Positions 1-8,230 of a stretch of 64,000 nt of DNA are shown in pieces. Source of the stretch: an uncultured Clostridia bacterium (GTDB lineage: Bacteria; Bacillota; Clostridia; Christensenellales; UBA1242); assembly GCA_944384415.1 (NCBI GenBank), contig CALWTF010000010.1, positions 1,990 to 65,989 on the forward strand, given 5' to 3'. Position 1 is the first letter of the stretch; each line of letters opens with the position of its first letter. The translations under genes and the position numbers were made by a program. The notes under the pieces were generated by a model that made no database searches, was not told the DNA's origin, and saw only the letters and a list, made by a program, of their open reading frames with translations.

Positions 1-111
1 TTGGCGGAATGTTTAACCGCCTGTGGTTATATCGAATTATAATTAAAAGATTTTTATAATTCTCCCACATATGTTTAACGCATATAGCGCTTAAACCTTA
101 TTAAACAACAA

Positions 112-645
112 TTAAAGCTTTTTTATTTCAGAATATGAAACTTCAATTGGTGTTTCTCTGCCGAACATATTAACATTAACTCGGCATCGTTGATTTTCAT
201 CATCAACTTTTAAAACAGTACAAACTGTTCCTCCTAACGAGCCAGACAAAATCTGAACATCGTCTCCTACTTCCAAAGTGAAGTCAACTTCAACTTTTTC
301 AAGGTGCATTTTTCTAATTTCTTCATCAGTTAATGGTAATGGTCTTCCTTTTGGCCCAACAAAACCTGTAATACCCCTTGTGTGGGTGATAGTGTGCCAA
401 ATATCATCTCCATAAATCATTTTAATGAATATATAGCAAGGCATAGATTTTCTGGTAACAATTTTTCTTTTACCATTGTTTTCTTCAATTACATCTTCAG
501 TAGGTATCACAATGTCAAAAATACGATTTTGCAAATTACCGTTTTCAATAACTTGCTCTAAGTTTTCTTTTGCAACTGCTTCATAACCCGAAAATGTGTG
601 AAGAACATACCATTTTGGTTCAGTGCTCATAAATGTGTTTGCCAT
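112..645 (-). CDS. nusG: Transcription termination/antitermination factor NusG
   Basis: 177 aa. NGN-type N-terminus KWYVLHTFSGYE and KOW-like GDDVQILSGSLGGTVCTV. AAGGAG SD upstream. Classic rpmG-secE-nusG order. Confidence 0.95.
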   Translation of the reverse strand: MANTFMSTEPKWYVLHTFSGYEAVAKENLEQVIENGNLQNRIFDIVIPTEDVIEENNGKRKIVTRKSMPCYIFIKMIYGDDIWHTITHTRGITGFVGPKGRPLPLTDEEIRKMHLEKVEVDFTLEVGDDVQILSGSLGGTVCTVLKVDDENQRCRVNVNMFGRETPIEVSYSEIKKL

Positions 646-661
646 ATTTTACTCCTTACTA

Positions 662-1126
662 TTAAGACCCAATCAAAAGTGTATAAAGCCAATACAATAA
701 AGCATCAAATGCAACTATAACCACAGCAAAGAAAATAACAACTGCTATTACTATACCGGTTTTTTTGCAAACTTCTTTAAATGAAGGCCAGCTTACTTTT
801 TTTATTTCACTGCCTGTTTCTTTTATTCGGCGACCCAAACTTACTTTTCCAGCCTTTTCACGCTGTTCTTTTTTAAGTTTGTCTGCTTTTTCTTTATCAA
901 TTTTAGCTTGAGCTTTTTGCTTTGCTTTCATTTCTTTCTTTTGAGCTTTTAAAAGTTGCTTTTCAGTTAATGCAACTTGTTCATCAGATGATGACTGCTC
1001 GTTTTGAACAGGTTGTTCAGCAACATTATTGTTTTGTTGTTCTACATTGTTTTCAACAACTGGTTGAACAACAACTTTTTTAGGCTTATGTTGCTTTGAT
1101 TTGCCCTTTCTTTTTGATTTTGCCAT
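662..1126 (-). CDS. secE: Preprotein translocase subunit SecE with a long Lys/Gln/Glu-rich N-terminal extension
   Basis: C-terminal approx 60 aa (IKETGSEIKKVSWPSFKEVCKKTGIVIAVVIFFAVVIVAFDALLYWLY) match the single-TM SecE core. Lies between rpmG and nusG. The first approx 90 aa are low complexity. Confidence 0.85.
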   Translation of the reverse strand: MAKSKRKGKSKQHKPKKVVVQPVVENNVEQQNNNVAEQPVQNEQSSSDEQVALTEKQLLKAQKKEMKAKQKAQAKIDKEKADKLKKEQREKAGKVSLGRRIKETGSEIKKVSWPSFKEVCKKTGIVIAVVIFFAVVIVAFDALLYWLYTLLIGS

Positions 1127-1151
1127 TTGTTTCCCCTTTGGAAATATTCAA

Positions 1152-1301
1152 TTATTTGTTTTCTTTGTGCACAGTGTGCTTTTTGCATTTTTTACAGAAC
1201 TTTTTTATTTCCATACGGTCTGGATTGTTCTTTTTATTCTTTTCAGAATTATAATTGCGTTCTTTGCATTCTGTGCAAGCAAGTGTAATGTTTGTGCGCA
1301 T
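1152..1301 (-). CDS. rpmG: 50S ribosomal protein L33 (below the ORF-track length cutoff)
   Basis: Hand translation of the minus strand gives [49 protein letters not shown] followed by TAA. It has the CxxC...CxxC zinc-ribbon form of L33 and sits immediately upstream of secE. Confidence 0.9.
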   Translation of the reverse strand: MRTNITLACTECKERNYNSEKNKKNNPDRMEIKKFCKKCKKHTVHKENK

Positions 1302-1503
1302 AGTTTTTACCCTTTTTATAAAAAAATTAACACCCCAATCTGGTCAGTGCTAACTCATTCTATCATAACTTAGGTTTAATGTCAAGGTTTTTTTTAATTT
1401 TCTTATATTATAAGTATAATAATAATATGTTTGAATAAGTATTAAGAATAATATGTTTAACTTTTTAGTGCATAATGTTGGTAAAAGGCTAAAACGATGA
1501 CTA

Positions 1504-1532
1504 TTGACAAAATTTTTTAAATTGTATATAAT
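1504..1532 (+). promoter_or_regulatory. Sigma-A type promoter (TTGACA-17 nt-TATAAT) for the HAD hydrolase gene
   Basis: Perfect -35 at 1504-1509 and perfect -10 at 1527-1532 with a 17-nt spacer, about 30 nt upstream of the 1565 start. Confidence 0.6.
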
Positions 1533-1564
1533 AATCTTACATAAATTATTTTAAGGAACAAATT

Positions 1565-2575
1565 ATGAGTATGAAAACAGAAAATTTTAAAAATTTTATT
1601 TTTGACATAGATGGTACTCTTATGCAAGAAAATGGCGATATTAATCCATATGTTTATGATTTGTTTAGGAATATTTTATCACAAAAAAACAATCCACAAA
1701 TAATATTCAATACAAGTGCTTCAATACCTAGAATTAAACATTTAATTTCAAATATAAAAAAAGAAGTTGGAGATTTTAAACCTATAATTTCTACTTTTGC
1801 TGGTAGTTTAATATTTAACAAAGAAGATTTTCCTATATATTCACAAACCATAGAGTATGATATGATAAAATTTATTGAAAAAACTGCTAAATCAATTGAT
1901 AAAAACAGTATTTTATTTTGTAGAACAAGAGATGAAAATCTATTTGTAAAGCCAAAGTTTTTATCAAAGAAAAAAGCAATTGTAGCTTTTTTGCGTTTAA
2001 ACCAGTTGTTTAAATCAAAAAAAGCCGAAACGGCTAGAAGCATAACAGAAGAAGAGTTTGAAAACTATATGAAGGGTAATAATTTTTATGAAGTTGAAGT
2101 ATTATCCTTGAACAAAAATAAAAATAAAGAAATTACAAAAAAACTTACTACTGAACTGGCTTTAAATTTTCCTTATGGTTCGGTAAGTGGCGGAAAATTA
2201 ATTCATATAACTGGAAGTTCAAAGCTTGATGCTGTTAATTTGCTTTTGAATGCAGAAGGAATTGAAAAATCAGTTTATTTTGGTGATAGTTATAACGACA
2301 TTGATTGTCTTGAAACCATTCCAACAAGTTTTGCAGTTGGTGAAAATGTAAAAGCTTTAAAAGCGGGTACTTATGCTTATAAAGATTTAAGTTTGGCAAA
2401 CAAATTGCTTTATGGTGAGTTAAATTCGGCAACAGCAAATTTAAAAAGTAAAGAATATATTCGTAGTGTAGAAAACAAATTATTAAGTAAAAACAAAACT
2501 TCTAAATTAACTAAAATTAAACAATATCTACATCAGCATTTACCTTTAAATTCTGAAAAAGAAAAGGTGGCATAA
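1565..2575 (+). CDS. HAD-superfamily hydrolase, Cof-like (subfamily IIB)
   Basis: Motif I FIFDIDGTL at the N-terminus and motif IV GDSYNDIDCLE. A large cap insertion lies between them. Confidence 0.75.
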   Translation: MSMKTENFKNFIFDIDGTLMQENGDINPYVYDLFRNILSQKNNPQIIFNTSASIPRIKHLISNIKKEVGDFKPIISTFAGSLIFNKEDFPIYSQTIEYDMIKFIEKTAKSIDKNSILFCRTRDENLFVKPKFLSKKKAIVAFLRLNQLFKSKKAETARSITEEEFENYMKGNNFYEVEVLSLNKNKNKEITKKLTTELALNFPYGSVSGGKLIHITGSSKLDAVNLLLNAEGIEKSVYFGDSYNDIDCLETIPTSFAVGENVKALKAGTYAYKDLSLANKLLYGELNSATANLKSKEYIRSVENKLLSKNKTSKLTKIKQYLHQHLPLNSEKEKVA

Positions 2576-2608
2576 AAAGAAAAGTTTTTCTTTTCTTTTT
2601 TTGTTTAG

Positions 2609-2637
2609 TTGCATAAGAGTTGATTTTTTGATATAAT
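2609..2637 (+). promoter_or_regulatory. Sigma-A type promoter (TTGCAT-17 nt-TATAAT)
   Basis: -35 at 2609-2614 and -10 at 2632-2637, upstream of the methyltransferase gene. Confidence 0.5.
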
Positions 2638-2702
2638 GTTTTAAATTTGTTTTAATATTAAAACTTTATGTTTTATGTGTTTTTTAGGAGGGAAGTTGTA
2701 AA

Positions 2703-3605
2703 ATGTCATTAGAGAATCGAGATTGGTCAATAAATATGAAAGATTCAAAAACACTATTTACAACAAGGTCAGTACAGTTTAATCAGTTTAATAAAATGGA
2801 TTGGTTAGATTTGTTGAATATAAAAGATGGAAATTCTGTTTTAGAAATCGGTTGTGGTGCTGGTGCGTTTTGTCAAAGAATTAAACAAACTTTTCCCAAT
2901 TGTAAAGTTTATGGTGTTGATAGCAATGAAAGACACATTGATTTTGCAAAACAAAGTGCACAAAAGGCTGGATTAGATATTAGTTTTTCTGTATCAGATA
3001 TTACAAACTTATCTTTTGAAAATGAAAAATTTGATGTTGTTTTTACTTATGGTTTGGTTGATGATATTGCAATTGCTAAATTTTTACCAGAGCAATACCG
3101 AGTTTTAAAAATTGGTGGGAAACTAGTTGTTTTATCATTAGATGGTAAGCATAATATCAATCATCAGGTAGTTATTCCAGAAGTTAAAGAAGAGCGATTG
3201 TGGGAAAAACTGGCAAAGGCAAATAATGATTGTATAAAAGGTTTGCACAAACTTTCCGTTTATGATTTAATGACAGCTATTAAACGACAAGGTTTTATTA
3301 ATCCAGTGTTAAAGTTTAAAAATATCTTATGGTATTGCCCAGATGATAGTCGATTTAATACTAATTTTGCAAAACAAATGATTATGGCTTGTAAAAATTT
3401 TGATTTAGAAATTTTAAAAATAAAACAATCTCAGTCAAATGGTTTAACAGGTAATAATTTCCACGAGTTAGAAAATTTAATCACTGAAAGATATGAGCAA
3501 AGATTAAAAAAACTTGAAAGCGGTGAGATATGCTGGGATTATTCATCTTTATTTATACGAGGGGTTATTGCGGAAAAAGCAAAAGTTAATATTTATGATG
3601 CTTAA
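2703..3605 (+). CDS. Class I SAM-dependent methyltransferase
   Basis: Motif I VLEIGCGAGAF, then acidic loop YGVDSN and motif FDVVFTYG. Substrate unknown. Confidence 0.8.
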   Translation: MSLENRDWSINMKDSKTLFTTRSVQFNQFNKMDWLDLLNIKDGNSVLEIGCGAGAFCQRIKQTFPNCKVYGVDSNERHIDFAKQSAQKAGLDISFSVSDITNLSFENEKFDVVFTYGLVDDIAIAKFLPEQYRVLKIGGKLVVLSLDGKHNINHQVVIPEVKEERLWEKLAKANNDCIKGLHKLSVYDLMTAIKRQGFINPVLKFKNILWYCPDDSRFNTNFAKQMIMACKNFDLEILKIKQSQSNGLTGNNFHELENLITERYEQRLKKLESGEICWDYSSLFIRGVIAEKAKVNIYDA

Positions 3606-3761
3606 TTTATGTTGATAAAAATGTAATAAAATCATAAAAAAAACGCAAAATAAATATTGCTTAAAAATTTGTAAAAAAAAGTTAATAATTTTGTTATTAT
3701 GTAGACTTTTGAATTTTGATATAGTATAATGACAAAGAAATTAGTTTAAAAGGAGTTAAAT

Positions 3762-4175
3762 ATGGCAGTAGAAAAAAAGGTTACTAAAAAAGCGAAAAAT
3801 GATATAAAAATAGAACCTGTTGCCCAAAAAACTGAAGCTGTAAATAAAAAAACAGCAACTGTTAAAGAGGAACCTGCTGTAAAGCAAGAACCTATTGTAA
3901 GACAAGAACCTGCTTGTGAAAAAATGGATATAAGCTTTGCTAATGTTAGTTTCATATTTACAATGGCAACTATATTTTTTGCATTATTGGCTTCTTTCTG
4001 TGTAATGTTTATTGAACCATCAAGTGCAATTTTTACAATTTGTAATGTATTTAAGTTGCTTTGCTTGTTTGCTGCTTGTTTATTTTATATTGTAGAATTA
4101 AGCCGTGCAAAAGAAATTCAATTTACACCATACTTTGTTTTACTTGTAACAGCTATAGCAATTTGTTTGATTTAG
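3762..4175 (+). CDS. Small membrane protein, function unknown
   Basis: 137 aa. Lys/Glu/Pro-rich N-terminal half, then three predicted hydrophobic helices. AAGGAG SD upstream. Confidence 0.5.
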   Translation: MAVEKKVTKKAKNDIKIEPVAQKTEAVNKKTATVKEEPAVKQEPIVRQEPACEKMDISFANVSFIFTMATIFFALLASFCVMFIEPSSAIFTICNVFKLLCLFAACLFYIVELSRAKEIQFTPYFVLLVTAIAICLI

Positions 4176-4176
4176 T

Positions 4177-4202
4177 AAAAACACCTTGAAGGTGTTTTTT
4201 TT
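4177..4202 (+). terminator. Rho-independent terminator
   Basis: AAAAACACC-TTGAA-GGTGTTTTTTTT directly after the stop codon. Confidence 0.7.
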
Positions 4203-4234
4203 AACATTAAATAAATTAATTCATAATATACTTT

Positions 4235-4912
4235 ATGAAAAATTTAAAAAAATGGAAAAATTTAGGCGTAAATTTTTTGGTTCCTACTGCTGTTTTTATA
4301 TCCCCTGAAACAGATTTTAGTTTTAATTGTTTTATAGGTATAAATGTTATTATTCAAAATGATAGCAAAATAAACGAAAACACATATATAAATAATTCTC
4401 AAATCATTAACTGTCAAATTGGTAAAAATTGCGTTATAAATGGTTGTTTTTTACAAAATACAAAAATTGAAGATAACTGTACTATTATTAACTCAGTAAT
4501 AAAGGATAGTATAATAAAAGCCAATAATAATATTGGCCCTTTTGCATATTTAAGACAAAATGCAAAAATAAATGAAAATTGCAGAATAGGTGATTTTGTT
4601 GAAATAAAAAATTCAACTTTAGGACAAGGAACTAAATGTGCGCATTTGTGTTATGTTGGTGATGCTACTGTTGGAATAAATTGTAATTTAGGTTGTGGTA
4701 GTGTGTTTGCTAATTTTAATGGAAAAGAAAAATTTAAAACAAAAGTAGGAAATAATTGTTTTATTGGTGCAAATGTAAATTTAGTTGCTCCAATTGAAAT
4801 AGGTGATAATTGTTATATATCTGCTGGTGCAACAGTTAGAAAAAATTTACCTTTTAAAACTTTTTTAAAAACTGAAGAAATACAAAAACAAATTGAAAAT
4901 TTAAGAGTATAA
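4235..4912 (+). CDS. Left-handed beta-helix acetyltransferase resembling the C-terminal domain of GlmU, without the uridyltransferase domain
   Basis: Hexapeptide repeats throughout. GPFAYLRQNAKI...IGDFVEIKNSTLGQGTKCAHLCYVGDATVG...NLGCGSVFANFNGKEKFKT aligns from memory to B. subtilis GlmU/GcaD residues approx 330-420. Confidence 0.75.
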   Translation: MKNLKKWKNLGVNFLVPTAVFISPETDFSFNCFIGINVIIQNDSKINENTYINNSQIINCQIGKNCVINGCFLQNTKIEDNCTIINSVIKDSIIKANNNIGPFAYLRQNAKINENCRIGDFVEIKNSTLGQGTKCAHLCYVGDATVGINCNLGCGSVFANFNGKEKFKTKVGNNCFIGANVNLVAPIEIGDNCYISAGATVRKNLPFKTFLKTEEIQKQIENLRV

Positions 4913-4942
4913 AATCAATATTAATCAAATGATAATTAATGT

Positions 4943-5410
4943 TTATAATTTAACTATATCAATAACATAACTAGGGATATACTTGCTAATATCCCTATTG
5001 TTTTTTAATAATTCAAATACCATACTTGAAGATATAGCTCCATATTTACCAGCTCTTATATAAATTGTATCTAAACCAGAAATTTCTTCATTTATTAATG
5101 CTAAATTTTCTTCATAATCATAGTCAATTCCATTTCGTATACCACGAATTAGAAAATTTGCATTATATTTTTTTGCAACATCTGCGGTTAGTCCTTTGTA
5201 AAGTATAACTTCAAAGTTTTTAATATTTTCTGATTTTAAAAGTTTTTCAATGGCATTTTTCATTTTAGTTTCATCAAATCGTTTTGTTTTGTTTAAGTTA
5301 ACCCCAATGCCTATTATAATTTTATCAAAAATTTTGCTTGCAACTTTTACAATGTGTAAGTGCCCATAAGTAAAAGGGTCAAAGCTACCTGCATAAAATC
5401 CTGCTTTCAT
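4943..5410 (-). CDS. coaD: Phosphopantetheine adenylyltransferase
   Basis: 155 aa. N-terminal GSFDPFTYGHLHIV (T/HxGH nucleotidyltransferase motif). Typical CoaD length. Confidence 0.9.
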   Translation of the reverse strand: MKAGFYAGSFDPFTYGHLHIVKVASKIFDKIIIGIGVNLNKTKRFDETKMKNAIEKLLKSENIKNFEVILYKGLTADVAKKYNANFLIRGIRNGIDYDYEENLALINEEISGLDTIYIRAGKYGAISSSMVFELLKNNRDISKYIPSYVIDIVKL

Positions 5411-5419
5411 AAAAACTCC

Positions 5420-6739
5420 TTATACTAAATAACTATCTTTTTCTTTTGCAATAAAAACTTTATTAAAAATTTGTTTAGCTTCGTTGTAATAATTTTCAAC
5501 ATTTTCTTCTGGCCAAAAGTGTGTTAATATCAACTTATCAACATTTGCTTCTTTTGCTATTTCTGCTGCTTGTAAAGCGGTTAAATGATTGCATTCAGTT
5601 TGAAAACCATATGAAGTTAGAAAACTTGATTCGCAAATTAATATGTTTGCGTTATTTGCAAATTTAATAATATCTTGTTTACTTGCATAAGAACAGTCGC
5701 CAGTGTAAATTATTGTTTTATTATTTATTGTTACTTTTGTTGCATAACTTAAAACATCATTCGAATGTTGTGTTTTTAAAAATTGAATTTTTAGGTTATC
5801 AAAATTATAAATTTTGTTTTCTTCAATATCAATAATATTTGAAAATGTTAATTTTTCATTTTTTATATCTTGGTAAATATTAAATGGTTCTGTTGGTAAA
5901 TATATTTTTATTGGATTAGTTTGTTTACTTAAATTTTGCATAACAAACGAGGTATACATATAATTATACAGGTCGTTATAATGTTCACGATGTAGGTGCG
6001 ATATTGCTATTGTTAAATTATTCATATTATTTATATTAAAAAAACGATGTGAACCACTTCCACAATCTAATAATAATTGTGTTTTATTGTTGCTTATTAA
6101 AAAAGAAGGGCAAGCATTATTTTCTTTTGCGTATGGGCTTTGTGTTCCTAAAATGGTTAAACGGGTTGCTGAATTAATAAAGTTGAAAACAGTTAATATA
6201 TTTTCTTTAATTGAGTTGTTTTCATAGTTATTAAAAAAAATAAAATCAAAATCATTTTCGTTGTAATTTATGCTTTGTTTATCCCTTAGTTTTACATATT
6301 CTTCTGAAACATTATCTCGTTGTATTAATTGATTTATTCTTATATGGTCATTTTGTGATTTTATTAAAATTTTCAGTGAGTTTCTTTGCCAATATTTAGT
6401 TTGTGGTATAAAAAACCAGTCAACAACCGAATTATTTGATATTATTTTATCAAGTAAGTTTTGAATGTAATGTAAGGTTAAGTTATTAAATAATTTAACC
6501 CTTTCCGAGTTTGGTTCACTAAAAATAATGTAACCAAGTTTTTTTCGATTAAGTTTTCCATTTGCATCATTTATATCAGTGCCGAAAAGCTCATAAATTT
6601 TTTTTAAAATTGTTGGATTATAATAAATTTTATGACTAATTTTATCAACATTTATATAATTATAATTTAATTTTTTTGCTAGTTGCTTTGAAAATTCAGA
6701 TTTTCCACTACCTGATTTACCTGTAACATAAATAACCAT
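5420..6739 (-). CDS. coaE: Fusion protein: dephospho-CoA kinase (CoaE) N-terminal domain plus metallo-beta-lactamase-fold hydrolase C-terminal domain
   Basis: P-loop GKSGSGKS at residues 7-14, with CoaE-like approx 190 aa. From approx residue 195: LLLDCGSG, SHLHREHYND (HxHxDH with D->E), TGDCSY and LTHF, typical of the MBL/RNase Z-like fold. Confidence 0.8.
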   Translation of the reverse strand: MVIYVTGKSGSGKSEFSKQLAKKLNYNYINVDKISHKIYYNPTILKKIYELFGTDINDANGKLNRKKLGYIIFSEPNSERVKLFNNLTLHYIQNLLDKIISNNSVVDWFFIPQTKYWQRNSLKILIKSQNDHIRINQLIQRDNVSEEYVKLRDKQSINYNENDFDFIFFNNYENNSIKENILTVFNFINSATRLTILGTQSPYAKENNACPSFLISNNKTQLLLDCGSGSHRFFNINNMNNLTIAISHLHREHYNDLYNYMYTSFVMQNLSKQTNPIKIYLPTEPFNIYQDIKNEKLTFSNIIDIEENKIYNFDNLKIQFLKTQHSNDVLSYATKVTINNKTIIYTGDCSYASKQDIIKFANNANILICESSFLTSYGFQTECNHLTALQAAEIAKEANVDKLILTHFWPEENVENYYNEAKQIFNKVFIAKEKDSYLV

Positions 6740-6803
6740 AATTTACTCCTTACAATTTATTGTAGCATAATGTTTGTTTTATGTATATAAATTTTTATAA
6801 ATA

Positions 6804-6838
6804 AAAAAATATGTTTATTTGTTGTAAACATATTTTTT
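6804..6838. terminator. AT-rich hairpin, probable bidirectional/rho-independent terminator
   Basis: AAAAAATATGTTTA-TTTGTTG-TAAACATATTTTTT between the 61-aa ORF and the coaE fusion gene. Confidence 0.5.
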
Positions 6839-6854
6839 AAACCAAATTAAAGTT

Positions 6855-7040
6855 TTACATTGAACGACCTTCAATTTCTTTTTCAATTTGTTTTTGAGTT
6901 TGTTTATTTAATTTTTGCTGTGTCTCGGCAATTGACAAAATGCTTTGTAACCATTTTCTGTCAAGAAATTTTGCTTTTTTAGATGTTTTATTTCCCAAAT
7001 TATCTTGGTATCTTACAGTTAAATTGGTAGCTTTTGACAT
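6855..7040 (-). CDS. Hypothetical small protein (61 aa)
   Basis: ORF with AGAGGTGAAAG SD upstream. No recognisable motif. Confidence 0.35.
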   Translation of the reverse strand: MSKATNLTVRYQDNLGNKTSKKAKFLDRKWLQSILSIAETQQKLNKQTQKQIEKEIEGRSM

Positions 7041-7106
7041 CTTTCACCTCTTTTGTGTTTCCTTGGTGATTGTAACATAATTTATAAAGAATGTCAATGT
7101 TTATTT

Positions 7107-8030
7107 TTAGAAGTATTTTTCAACAAATTTTTTAACTGCATTTTCACACATTTTAGTTTGCATTGTAAAACTTAAAGCGTGGCCAACATCGGGAGTTTTT
7201 ACCAATGTTTTTTCGCCAGCATAATTTTTAAAAAGTTCATCAACCATATGTGTTGGTACTAAATTGTCAGACTCTCCGTGAATAAAAAGTGCTGGTAATT
7301 TGGCTTTTTTGACATTATCAATAGGATTTTTAATTTTAAGTGAAAAACCGTGCATTCGTGCTAAAATTTCACCTATTAACATTACTGAAAGAACAGGAAT
7401 GTGGTATTGTTTAAATAAACTTCTTACAACATCAAGTGTTGTTGTGTATCCGCAATCAGCCACAATACCTTTTACATTTTTTGGCAGGTTGAGTGCCGAA
7501 GTGTTTAAAACAGTTGCGGCACCCATTGAAACACCATCAAGTAAAATTTTACAATTGCTTTTTTTGTTTGATGCCCATTCACACCAAAGCGCTAAGTCTT
7601 CGGATTCTTTTATTCCCATTGTAAGATATTTTCCATCGCTTTCACCGTGCGCTCGGTTGTCAATAAGCAAAATATTAAATCCTTGTTTATAATAAAAAGG
7701 AGCGTCCATTATTCTATATTCTTTTTTGGCAGCATAACCGTGAACTATTATAACTGTTTTATTTGAATTTTTGTTTTTTATGTATATTCCGCAAAGTTTA
7801 ATTTTTTTATTATAAATAAAAACTTTTTCGTATTTTACAGTATCTAACCAATCAATTCCATCTTCATATCGTTGAATAAATTTTGAGCGTTCTTCTTTTG
7901 TCATAGGAGTGTCTTTTATAGAAAATTTAGGACGATATAAAAGTATGTTAAACACTATAGTTGAAAAAACAACACATAAAATAATATATGTAATAATTAA
8001 TGCAATAATTATCCAAACATAAACAAGCAT
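7107..8030 (-). CDS. Membrane-anchored alpha/beta hydrolase
   Basis: N-terminal TM, HG oxyanion motif VIIVHGYAA, nucleophile elbow GVSMGAAT, then later HGESDNLVP and GHA. Start moved to the ATG at 8030, which is preceded by GGAG; the track's 18-aa extension covers the promoter. Confidence 0.8.
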   Translation of the reverse strand: MLVYVWIIIALIITYIILCVVFSTIVFNILLYRPKFSIKDTPMTKEERSKFIQRYEDGIDWLDTVKYEKVFIYNKKIKLCGIYIKNKNSNKTVIIVHGYAAKKEYRIMDAPFYYKQGFNILLIDNRAHGESDGKYLTMGIKESEDLALWCEWASNKKSNCKILLDGVSMGAATVLNTSALNLPKNVKGIVADCGYTTTLDVVRSLFKQYHIPVLSVMLIGEILARMHGFSLKIKNPIDNVKKAKLPALFIHGESDNLVPTHMVDELFKNYAGEKTLVKTPDVGHALSFTMQTKMCENAVKKFVEKYF

Positions 8031-8055
8031 TATTAACTCCTTTTTAGTTAAATTT

Positions 8056-8084
8056 ATTCTAACAAAAGCCAAATAAATTGTCAA
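8056..8084 (-). promoter_or_regulatory. Sigma-A type promoter (TTGACA-17 nt-TAGAAT) for the hydrolase gene
   Basis: On the minus strand, -35 is at 8079-8084 and -10 at 8056-8061. Its ATTTGACAAT core mirrors the divergent ABC promoter. Confidence 0.5.
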
Positions 8085-8131
8085 ATTTTAAAATTATTTA
8101 TAATAATTATTTTATTAAAATATTTTATTAT

Positions 8132-8160
8132 TTGACAATGATTGTATTTCTTCATATAAT
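8132..8160 (+). promoter_or_regulatory. Sigma-A type promoter (TTGACA-17 nt-TATAAT) for the ABC exporter operon
   Basis: Perfect hexamers at 8132-8137 and 8155-8160. Confidence 0.6.
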
Positions 8161-8230
8161 AATAAAATACCTTTTTTAGGTATATTTTTAATTATCTATG
8201 TGTAAAAAAACATTTTAAACCGAGGTTTTT

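Noticed and set aside
1-111. Two hairpins downstream of nusG: GGCGG-N9-CCGCC at about 3-21, and GTTTAACGC-ATATA-GCGCTTAAAC at about 73-97.
   Set aside because: Neither is followed by a T run in the nusG direction, and the window edge cuts off the context. I cannot tell whether they are a terminator, an rplK leader element or chance.
1101-1373. 90-aa plus-strand ORF in the track.
   Set aside because: It is the antisense shadow of rpmG (1152-1301, minus strand) and the secE 5' end. It is Phe/Ile-rich, has no SD, and the L33 reading is unambiguous.
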